DNA from: an uncultured Candidatus Babeliaceae bacterium
GTDB taxonomy: Bacteria > Babelota > Babeliae > Babelales > Babelaceae
Assembly (NCBI GenBank): GCA_963704655.1
Contig: OY969927.1
Coordinates: forward strand, 384,001 to 448,000
Direction: 5' to 3'
DNA: 64,000 nucleotides
A program made the position numbers and the translations under genes. Each line of letters starts with the position of its first letter. Positions within the stretch are counted from its first letter, which is position 1. Positions 9,315 through 17,545 of the stretch are shown here, piece after piece. Below the pieces are notes generated by a model that saw only the letters and a program-made list of their open reading frames with translations, was not told the DNA's origin and searched no databases.

Positions 9315-10949
9315 ATGAAGATAAAATTACTTTCACTACTTGTACTATTCGCGGTGCAGCAGATTAATGCGACAGAAGTTGCACCGCAAGCTACAATTCC
9401 AGCAATTACTTTTACTGCATATCTCCATACTCCCCTTTTTAACCTTAAAGGCCATACAAGTTTGATATTCTCAGTAGCCTTTTCACCAGATGGTAAATAC
9501 ATAGCCACAGCTTCAGCAGATGGAACTGCAAAAATATGGGATGCTCAAACAGGTGCTTTAATAATAACTCTTGCTCGTGAAGGAAATACAGAAAGTGTAT
9601 ACTCAGCAGCTTTTTCACCAGATAGCACCAAAGTAGTTACTGCAGAATGGGATGATACTGCAAAAATATGGGACATTACCCAAACGCTCATCAAGTATGA
9701 AAAAATTAAAAGAGAAGCTGCTACTTCAAAGGGTAGTACTACAAAAACTTGGGTTGCAGTGACGGGAAATCCGCTCTATATTCTGCAACACAAAGGCTCG
9801 GTAAACTCAGCACAATTTTCACCTGATGGGACCAAAGTTGTGACTGCTTCATGGGATAACACCGCAAAAATCTGGAATGCTCAAACTGGTGCTTTAATAA
9901 TAACTCTTGAGGGTCATACAGCTTTGTTAGACATTGCCATATTCTCACCAGATGGTACAAAAATTGTTACTGTTTCACGGGATAAAACGGCAAAAATCTG
10001 GGATGTTGCAACTTGGCAATTACAATACACTCTTGAAGGTCATACAGATTGGGTGAATTCAGGCTCATTTTCACCCGATAGCAGTAAATTAGTGACTGCG
10101 TCCAATGATAAAACAGCAATGATTTGGGATGTTACAACGGGTGAACATTTAAACATCCTTAAAGGGCATACAGATTCTGTAAACTCTGCTTTATTTTCAC
10201 CAGATGGCAAATACATAGCAACAGCTTCAGTAGATGGCACTGCAAAAATCTGGGATGTTGCAACTTATGCTTTAGTCTGCACATTTAAGGGGCATAAAGA
10301 TCATGTAAGCTTTGCACACTTTTCACCCGATGGAAAATATATTGTTACTGCATCCAATGATGGAACTGCAAAAATTTGGGATGCCGCAACGGGAACTTTA
10401 ATCTGGACGCTTAAGGGGCATACAAATAGAGTTATAGAAGCACTATTTTCACCTGATGGGACAAAAGTAATGACTGCTTCATGGGATAATACTGCCAAAG
10501 TTTGGGATGTTACCCAAGCGTTATTTCAGCATGAAAAAATTAAAACACTAAAAACTATTGATAATTTACAAAAAATATTTGAAGGAATCAGATATCTGAT
10601 TCATAAGAAATTAGCTATACTCAGCAACTTATTTGCCGATGAATCGGTATCCCCAGAGCTTAAAAAGAAGTTAATGGAAATTGGTAAAAGACTTAATGGA
10701 TTAAACATTAATGGTGCCAAGAATGCAAGAGGCAATGCGATAAATAAAGAATTAGAAGCACATTTAGAAAAAACCAATAACGCGCAACAACTTGCTGTTA
10801 TTAAAAAACGCATAAACACTCTAGACCAAGAATTACAACGCATTCAAACCAGACTGGAAGCAATTAATCAAGAATCTCAGGCTATTGAAGAAACTATACC
10901 AGAAGATGTTAGACAGCGGGCTGCGAAAGCATATGGACAGCGCACTTAG
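9315..10949 (+). CDS. Secreted WD40 protein 3 (8 repeats, coiled-coil C-terminus)
   Basis: Probable start is the in-frame ATG at 9315 (MKIKLLSLLVLFAVQQINA) with GGA RBS, matching the paralogues. Confidence 0.9.
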   Translation: MKIKLLSLLVLFAVQQINATEVAPQATIPAITFTAYLHTPLFNLKGHTSLIFSVAFSPDGKYIATASADGTAKIWDAQTGALIITLAREGNTESVYSAAFSPDSTKVVTAEWDDTAKIWDITQTLIKYEKIKREAATSKGSTTKTWVAVTGNPLYILQHKGSVNSAQFSPDGTKVVTASWDNTAKIWNAQTGALIITLEGHTALLDIAIFSPDGTKIVTVSRDKTAKIWDVATWQLQYTLEGHTDWVNSGSFSPDSSKLVTASNDKTAMIWDVTTGEHLNILKGHTDSVNSALFSPDGKYIATASVDGTAKIWDVATYALVCTFKGHKDHVSFAHFSPDGKYIVTASNDGTAKIWDAATGTLIWTLKGHTNRVIEALFSPDGTKVMTASWDNTAKVWDVTQALFQHEKIKTLKTIDNLQKIFEGIRYLIHKKLAILSNLFADESVSPELKKKLMEIGKRLNGLNINGAKNARGNAINKELEAHLEKTNNAQQLAVIKKRINTLDQELQRIQTRLEAINQESQAIEETIPEDVRQRAAKAYGQRT

Positions 10950-10967
10950 AGAATTAAAAGGACACTT

Positions 10968-12590
10968 ATGAAAATAAAATTATTTTTACTACTTACAATA
11001 CTGGCAGTGCAGCATGCACATGCAGCAGAAGTTGCGCCGCAGGTTGAAGCACCACAGGTGATTATAGTAAACACCCCTGTTCTTACTCTGAATGATCCAA
11101 ACAATTTTGAAACAGCCTCATTTTCACCTGATGGTAGATATTTTGTTGCTACTGCAGGTTTGGCTGCACAAATTTGGAGCGTTGAAAATCGTGCATTAGT
11201 ACGCACTCTTGAAGGCCAGACAAAGATGGTCACATCGGCTCGATTCTCTCCCGATAGCAGATATATTGTTACTACATACTGGGATGGCGCTACTAAAATC
11301 TGGGATGCTGCAACTGACAAAGAAATAAGACCTCTTATAGGTCATACATTTTGGGTATGGAGAGCGGCATTTTCACGCGATGGAAGATTTATAGTTACCG
11401 CTAGCATGGATGGCACTGCAATTATTTGGGAAGTTGCTACTGGTAAGAAGATTCGCACAATAACAATCGATCGAGATATTGCTTATTCAGCCACGTTCTC
11501 ACCTGATGGTACAAAAGTTGCTATTGCTTTAAGTAATAATATCGCACAAATTTGGGATATCAAAACAGGTCAACAACTTACCACACTTATCGGCCATACA
11601 AGCGAGGTAGTAGATGTTGCATTTTCACCTGATGGCACTAAAATTGCTACTGGTTCAGCAGATCACACGATAAAAATTTGGAATCCGCAGACTGGTCAAA
11701 TAATCCGTACACTTAATGGCCATACCGGAGCTATAAACTCTATTGAGTTTTCACCATATGGCAACTATGTGCTTTCTGCATCTTATGATGGCACTGCAAG
11801 AATCTGGGATGTTGAAACTGGTCAAGAAGAAATTCGAATCACTGGCCATACTGACCACGTGAATTCGGCCTCATTTTCACCTGATGCAAACAAAGTAATC
11901 ACAGCCTCAAATGATAAAACCGCAAAAATGTGGGACATCAGAAACTTGCTCATTAATGAAAAAAAAGGACCGTTTAAAAATCTGATTTCCTATTTAAAAC
12001 AAACACTTGATAATCTCAAAAAAGAATTTTTTAACGAAGTTAATAAAGGTGCACGTACAGAGTTGCCGGGCACAAACCCGGAAGAAACTGCACATATACC
12101 TGAAATGCCATCGTCACATGCTTGGCGAGTTTGGCAGGCGGATCCAAACAACAAAGGCTCGATGCCTGCGCAAGAAGTGATACCATTCCTATGGAAAAAA
12201 AGAAAAAGTTTAGTTCAACAGTTTAATGCTTTAAAAGTGAGAATCGATGATTTTGAAAGAGCAGTTGATGCGGCTCAAATGGTAAATGAGCTTGAAACTA
12301 TCAGAAATACGGGCAAACAAATTATGACCGATTTAGAGCACGTTAAAAATATAGGTGTCGCTCAGTTTATAAAAGTTGTGCGTATTAAACATATGATTAA
12401 TGAGCTACAAAACCAGTTAGCCGGTTTGCCAGATTTACAAGAAAGAATTAATGGACTTGATGATGCTATTGAGCACTCTCAAACTGAAGGTGAGATTATA
12501 AGAGTCACTCAAGAATTAGAAATAATTAAAAACCAGATCCCCCAAGTACGAACAAGTACAAAGCGTAAAGCAGAGGAGATTTCTCAATGA
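10968..12590 (+). CDS. Secreted WD40 protein 4 (7 repeats, distinct helical C-terminal domain, KRK tail)
   Basis: Signal peptide MKIKLFLLLTILAVQHAHA; WD40 repeats. Confidence 0.92.
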   Translation: MKIKLFLLLTILAVQHAHAAEVAPQVEAPQVIIVNTPVLTLNDPNNFETASFSPDGRYFVATAGLAAQIWSVENRALVRTLEGQTKMVTSARFSPDSRYIVTTYWDGATKIWDAATDKEIRPLIGHTFWVWRAAFSRDGRFIVTASMDGTAIIWEVATGKKIRTITIDRDIAYSATFSPDGTKVAIALSNNIAQIWDIKTGQQLTTLIGHTSEVVDVAFSPDGTKIATGSADHTIKIWNPQTGQIIRTLNGHTGAINSIEFSPYGNYVLSASYDGTARIWDVETGQEEIRITGHTDHVNSASFSPDANKVITASNDKTAKMWDIRNLLINEKKGPFKNLISYLKQTLDNLKKEFFNEVNKGARTELPGTNPEETAHIPEMPSSHAWRVWQADPNNKGSMPAQEVIPFLWKKRKSLVQQFNALKVRIDDFERAVDAAQMVNELETIRNTGKQIMTDLEHVKNIGVAQFIKVVRIKHMINELQNQLAGLPDLQERINGLDDAIEHSQTEGEIIRVTQELEIIKNQIPQVRTSTKRKAEEISQ

Positions 12591-13897
12591 AAATAAAATT
12601 GCTTTCATTACTTATACTTGCGGTAATAACCGCAAAGCACATACACGCGTCTGAAAAATTGGAAGAGTTAAAAGAGAAAGCGGTGTATGGGAATATGATG
12701 TCGCTTGAAATCCCCACTATATCACTTATAGGTAACCAGGGTGCGGTCTTTCCTGCCTCTTTTTCACTTGATGGCATGCAAATAGTTACCGCTGGAGATG
12801 ATGGGATCGTAAGAATCTGGGACGCGCAAACGGGAAAATTACTCCAAACGCTTACTGGCCATACAATGGCAATAGGTTCGGCGGTCTTTTCACCAGATGG
12901 TGATCAAGTAGTCTCTGTTTCGCTTGATGGTACAGTACGTATATGGAACGCTCAAACGGGCACATTACTACAGGAAATTATAGTTTCTGCTGGGGCATTA
13001 TTTTCGGTAGCATTTTCACCTGATGGCACAAAAATAGCTGCTGCAGGTGCTGATGGAAATGTAAGAATCTTTAATGCAAAAAATGGTGAATTATTACAAG
13101 TAATTACTGGCAATACCAAAGAGGTAACTTCAGTGGCCTTTTCAGCAGATGGTGAATGTATACTCACTGCAGGCGCTGATGGCAGCATAAGAATGTGGAA
13201 TATTGAAACGGGTGAAGAAAGACTCACGCTTACGGGACGAGATACGAGCCCAGTATATTCGGCCTCTTTTTCATCTGATGATGCGTACATAGTTTTTGCT
13301 GGCGCAGATGGAATTGTAAGAATCTGGGATGTTGCCAAGCACACATTAGTAGGAAAACTTATTGGCCATGCCAAAGCAATATCTTCAGTGGCATTTTCAG
13401 ATGATAGCCGATTAATTGTTTCGGCTTCAAAGGATAATACAGCAAAAATCTGGGATGTCCAAACAGGGCAATTAATCCGCACCCTTAATCTTCAAGACAA
13501 CGTCAACTCAGCCTCTTTCTCGCCTGATGGCACGAGCATCGTTACTGCGTGCCAAGATGGTAGCGTAACGATTTGGGATATCAGCAAAACTGTTAACTGG
13601 GTAGAGGATGGAAAACTTGTTTGCCCGATATGCACCATGCGATTCCCTTTTAGAAATAATTTTAATTCACACATGTTCTTTGAGCATCCACTAGCTTCTG
13701 CTAAAAACCCTGAGGGAAAGCCTAAGTTGGCGCGCGCGAAAAAAAAGAAGGCTACGCCCAAGTTAAAAACAATTGGCAAAAAGAAACCTGCGCCCGCTGC
13801 ACCCATAACAGAACCGGTAATAGAGCCGATAGTTCAAGAAGCACCTGCATTAACTCCAGAGCAAGAGGAAGAACTCATTAAAGAGCTTCTTATATAA
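12587..13897 (+). CDS. Secreted WD40 protein 5 with C2H2 zinc finger and Lys-rich tail
   Basis: 7 WD40 repeats; CPICTMRFPFRNNFNSHMFFEH (C-x2-C-x12-H-x4-H); KKKK...KKKP. Confidence 0.9.
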   Translation: MKIKLLSLLILAVITAKHIHASEKLEELKEKAVYGNMMSLEIPTISLIGNQGAVFPASFSLDGMQIVTAGDDGIVRIWDAQTGKLLQTLTGHTMAIGSAVFSPDGDQVVSVSLDGTVRIWNAQTGTLLQEIIVSAGALFSVAFSPDGTKIAAAGADGNVRIFNAKNGELLQVITGNTKEVTSVAFSADGECILTAGADGSIRMWNIETGEERLTLTGRDTSPVYSASFSSDDAYIVFAGADGIVRIWDVAKHTLVGKLIGHAKAISSVAFSDDSRLIVSASKDNTAKIWDVQTGQLIRTLNLQDNVNSASFSPDGTSIVTACQDGSVTIWDISKTVNWVEDGKLVCPICTMRFPFRNNFNSHMFFEHPLASAKNPEGKPKLARAKKKKATPKLKTIGKKKPAPAAPITEPVIEPIVQEAPALTPEQEEELIKELLI

Positions 13898-13928
13898 ATA
13901 GAATAAGTTTTATTAAAAAAGGGACAGT

Positions 13929-15212
13929 ATGAAGATAAAATTACTTTCACTACTTTCGTTACTGGCAGTTCAGCAGATTCATGCGGCAGAAGTTGCACAA
14001 GTGTCACAAGGCACTTCAGCGTATGCCATTGCGCAGGCGCTGCGGCCATTAGCTATCATTAATAACAATGGTGAAATCAATAGCGCAGCAATTTCACCCG
14101 ATGGCAAATACATAGTTACCACGTCTCTTAATACAGCACCAAAAATTTGGAATGCTCAAACTGGTGAATTCATCAGGGAGCTTTCTGCCCGGAACACAAT
14201 GCAAGCAAGATTTTCACCTGATGGCAAAAAAGTTGCTGTTATCAGTAGCGATATAATAATTTTTGATACCGAAACAGGAAATGTAGAAATGCGCTTAGCT
14301 TTCAGATTTTCTCACCCAGGCGCTGGCATTAGTACAAAAAGTTTGGCATTTTCAGCCGATGGAACTAAAATTATCAGCGGTGAAGAATATGGTACAAAAA
14401 TTTGGAATACCGCAAATGGTAAAGAAATTATACATATACTGTCAGGAGATACAGACGCTGTAGCATTTTCACCTGATAGTAATCAAGTTCTGACTTCTTC
14501 TAAAAAAAGCGAACGCCAAAAGCGGGGGATTGAAAAAACAGTGATGCTTTGGGATGCTTCAAATGGCCAATTAATACATACTTTTGATGGTCAACATTGG
14601 GGCGCTTCATTTTCTCCTGATGGAAGTCAAATAATTATGTGCTCAGATAGTAATGTTGCCGAAGTTTTTAATACCCAGGCGCTCAATAGAACTCATTGGC
14701 TTAAAGTGGTACCTCCCAGCAATATTTTCACTCCTGAGGAAATGCAATCAGCCGCCTTTTCTCCTGACGGTGAGATAGTTACTGTATCTTTAGCAGAGCA
14801 TGCGCGATTGTGGGATGCTCAAACTCGCAAGATAAAATCAACATTTGATACTTCAACCCCCAATGCTGAAATGAGCTCTATACATCCAGATTCATTTGCA
14901 CGTGATGGTAAGTTTGTTCCTCTTTTAAGGATAAAACCTCATTATGACTTAGCAAATATAGTAGAAGTTTTTAATATCGGTCAACTAGAAATTAAAGAAT
15001 ATTTCAAGAATAAATTATTACCTCTTAAGCAACAATCACTTTTAGTAACGTTGGACGCGCTTTCACGCCAAAAAAATGGCCGGCCCATTAAAAAAAGTGA
15101 TCTTGTTGCCGACCCAAGACAAGATACATCAGCATTATTCAAAGGAATGCCACAACGCGTTATAGATGCCTTAAAGCGTGTATATAAAATTGATGAGGAT
15201 GTTTTTATATAA
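13929..15212 (+). CDS. Secreted WD40 protein 6 (divergent repeats) with C-terminal helical module shared with the 61851-63335 protein
   Basis: Signal peptide; about 7 degenerate FSPDG blades; PLKQQSLLV...LFKGMP...YKID. Confidence 0.9.
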   Translation: MKIKLLSLLSLLAVQQIHAAEVAQVSQGTSAYAIAQALRPLAIINNNGEINSAAISPDGKYIVTTSLNTAPKIWNAQTGEFIRELSARNTMQARFSPDGKKVAVISSDIIIFDTETGNVEMRLAFRFSHPGAGISTKSLAFSADGTKIISGEEYGTKIWNTANGKEIIHILSGDTDAVAFSPDSNQVLTSSKKSERQKRGIEKTVMLWDASNGQLIHTFDGQHWGASFSPDGSQIIMCSDSNVAEVFNTQALNRTHWLKVVPPSNIFTPEEMQSAAFSPDGEIVTVSLAEHARLWDAQTRKIKSTFDTSTPNAEMSSIHPDSFARDGKFVPLLRIKPHYDLANIVEVFNIGQLEIKEYFKNKLLPLKQQSLLVTLDALSRQKNGRPIKKSDLVADPRQDTSALFKGMPQRVIDALKRVYKIDEDVFI

Positions 15213-15320
15213 AAACTGATTTCTTATCCTCAATAGCTTTGAAACTCTTTCTTTTTAATAGTTGCCCATACTATAATTATAATAACAATAGGAAATTATT
15301 TTTTTTAAAGAGGGCGACTT

Positions 15321-16664
15321 ATGAAGTTAAAATCACTTTCACTACTTATATTACTAGCGTTTCAACATGCACATGCAGATGTGGTTATAGTAACAACACC
15401 TGCTCTTACCCTGAATAGCCGAACAACATTGCAAGCAGCATCATTTTCTCCTGGTTCTCCTGGTGGCACTCAAATAGTCACAGCTGGCGGTAAATTCGCC
15501 GAAACATGGGACGCTGCAACTGGTAAGTTATTGGATACTTTTATAGGACATGCTGATACTATTACTTCAGCACAGTTTGCACCTTATGGCACTGAAGTTA
15601 TTACTGCGTCCAATGATAAAAAAGCAATGATTTGGGATGTTAATTCCCCTCTAGGACTGCCAATGGAGCTTAATCATAAAGCCGCGGTAAGATCAGCAAC
15701 ATTTTCAAACCATGGCTACACAGTTCTTACTGCTTCAGGCAACGATGTTATACTTTGGCAGGCTGGAAGAGGTAAAGAAATCTATAAATTTTCGCCTTCT
15801 CCTCATCGAATAAATTCAGCGTCATTGTCACCTGATAGATACAAAGTCGCTATTGCCTTAGAGGATAATTCGGTACAAATTTGGAATATGGATACCGATC
15901 GACTATTTCAAGTATTTCAAGGTCGTTCTGACGCCGAAGCATTTTCACCTCAACTATTTAAAACATTAACCGGCCATACAAGCGCGGTCCTCTCTGTTGC
16001 ATTTTCACGCGATGGTAAATACATAGTTACTGCTTCAGCAGACGGTACTGCAAAAATCTGGGAGGTGGAAACTGGTGCTTTAATCCGCACTCTTGTAGGG
16101 CATACGCAAGGGGTAACCTCAGCAGAATTTTCACCGAATGGCAAGTATGTGCTTTCTGCTTGCGGTGATGGCGAAGTAAGAATCTGGGACATTGAAACTG
16201 GTCAAGACGTAATTCAAATCATGGCGCATGCTGGCCGGGTGAATTCGGCACAATTTTCACCTGATGGTACTAAAATTGTTACTGCATCTAATGATAAAAC
16301 CGCAAAAATTTGGGATGTTGGCCAAATACTCAAAGATTATGAAGCAAAGCCAAAAGAACTCAAAAAGCCTCAGGCGGTTCCCCAAGTATTAACACCACAA
16401 CAAGAAATTGATCGCATTTTAACTCTACAAGCTAACTTTGATAAACTAAATTTTTCCAATTTTTCAAAAGATGAAATCCAAAGAAAAAAAGAGGATTTAG
16501 CATATAAAATTTTTAATCTTGTACCAGGTTCATCGCAGGATGAAATAAAAAAAGTTTACAAGAAATTAGCCCTCCAACTTCATCCTGATAAAAATCCAGA
16601 TCCTCAAGCAAAGCCTGCATTTCAGATAGTTAATAATGCTTACTCAGCACTTACTGTTAAATAA
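15321..16664 (+). CDS. Secreted WD40 protein 7 with C-terminal DnaJ (J) domain
   Basis: WD40 repeats; EIKKVYKKLALQLHPDKN...AFQIVNNAY. Confidence 0.92.
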   Translation: MKLKSLSLLILLAFQHAHADVVIVTTPALTLNSRTTLQAASFSPGSPGGTQIVTAGGKFAETWDAATGKLLDTFIGHADTITSAQFAPYGTEVITASNDKKAMIWDVNSPLGLPMELNHKAAVRSATFSNHGYTVLTASGNDVILWQAGRGKEIYKFSPSPHRINSASLSPDRYKVAIALEDNSVQIWNMDTDRLFQVFQGRSDAEAFSPQLFKTLTGHTSAVLSVAFSRDGKYIVTASADGTAKIWEVETGALIRTLVGHTQGVTSAEFSPNGKYVLSACGDGEVRIWDIETGQDVIQIMAHAGRVNSAQFSPDGTKIVTASNDKTAKIWDVGQILKDYEAKPKELKKPQAVPQVLTPQQEIDRILTLQANFDKLNFSNFSKDEIQRKKEDLAYKIFNLVPGSSQDEIKKVYKKLALQLHPDKNPDPQAKPAFQIVNNAYSALTVK

Positions 16665-16676
16665 GAATAAGTAAAT

Positions 16677-16710
16677 AAAGAAGGGAGAGTTTTTAAACTC
16701 TCCCTTCTTT
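16677..16710. terminator. Bidirectional intrinsic terminator
   Basis: 16-bp perfect inverted repeat AAAGAAGGGAGAGTTT/AAACTCTCCCTTCTTT between convergent genes. Confidence 0.85.
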
Positions 16711-17545
16711 ATTTGTCTTTTAATTCCGGATCAGATAAATCTAGATGATCATCTATAACTTTAAAACGCTCAATTGCAAGCGCTTTGCCCGATTTTTTAT
16801 CGATAGTAAGTATAATGCCGTGCATATGATACGGGCCTTCAAGCTCGACTTCAAACTTAACCGGCATTTGGGTTAATAAGTTGTGCAAGATCGCATGGCG
16901 TTTCATGCCGATCATAGAATTAATCGCGCCGCCCATGCCAATATCAGAAATATAGGCTGTGCCTAACGGAAAAATTCGTTCATCTGCAGTTTGCACATGC
17001 GTGTGCGTGCCATAAACGCAACTTACTTGTCCATCAAGAAAATAGCCCAGCCCCATCTTTTCTGAGGTAACTTCAGCATGCATATCAACAATGATACAGT
17101 TTGTTTGCGGCTTTAAAAACATTATAGCAGATTCTGCAGCTTTAAAAGGGCAACTTAAAAGCTCGCGCATAAATACGCGCCCCTGAACATTAATAACGCC
17201 GACCGTTACACCGGCAACCGTAAAGGTGGTAACCCCAACCCCCGGCGTTGACGCAGGAAAGTTTGCCGGACGCAACAGATCTTTATGACTCGAAAGGTAA
17301 CTATAAATATCACGTTTTGCAAAAATATGGTTTCCACTGGTAACAACGTTAGCGCCGTAGTGCTTTAAAAAATCAACAATGGCCGGAGTGATCCCGCGGC
17401 CATCACTTGCGGTATTTTCACCATTAACGATAACACCATCAATTGCATATTTTTGTTTTAATGCAGAAAGGTGTTTTTTGAACATTGCACGACCTGGTGT
17501 TCCCATAAGGTCGCCAATACAGAGTATCTTTAAATTATCGTGCAT
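16709..17545 (-). CDS. ymdB: YmdB/TIGR00282 family metallophosphoesterase
   Basis: IGD, NGEN, TSGNH, LLRPAN, DMHAEVTSEK, GTHTHVQTAD; follows rny. Start chosen at ATG 17545. Confidence 0.93.
   Translation of the reverse strand: MHDNLKILCIGDLMGTPGRAMFKKHLSALKQKYAIDGVIVNGENTASDGRGITPAIVDFLKHYGANVVTSGNHIFAKRDIYSYLSSHKDLLRPANFPASTPGVGVTTFTVAGVTVGVINVQGRVFMRELLSCPFKAAESAIMFLKPQTNCIIVDMHAEVTSEKMGLGYFLDGQVSCVYGTHTHVQTADERIFPLGTAYISDIGMGGAINSMIGMKRHAILHNLLTQMPVKFEVELEGPYHMHGIILTIDKKSGKALAIERFKVIDDHLDLSDPELKDK

Noticed and set aside
6109-16192. Numerous minus-strand ORFs (AVTILVPSGEN...) inside the WD40 array
   Set aside because: Antisense shadows of the repetitive WD40 codons; no independent RBS or domain
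4881-16664. Integron or invertible shufflon
   Set aside because: No attC-like hairpins in the mostly very short spacers, all genes are co-oriented and complete with their own starts, and the recombinase does not resemble IntI
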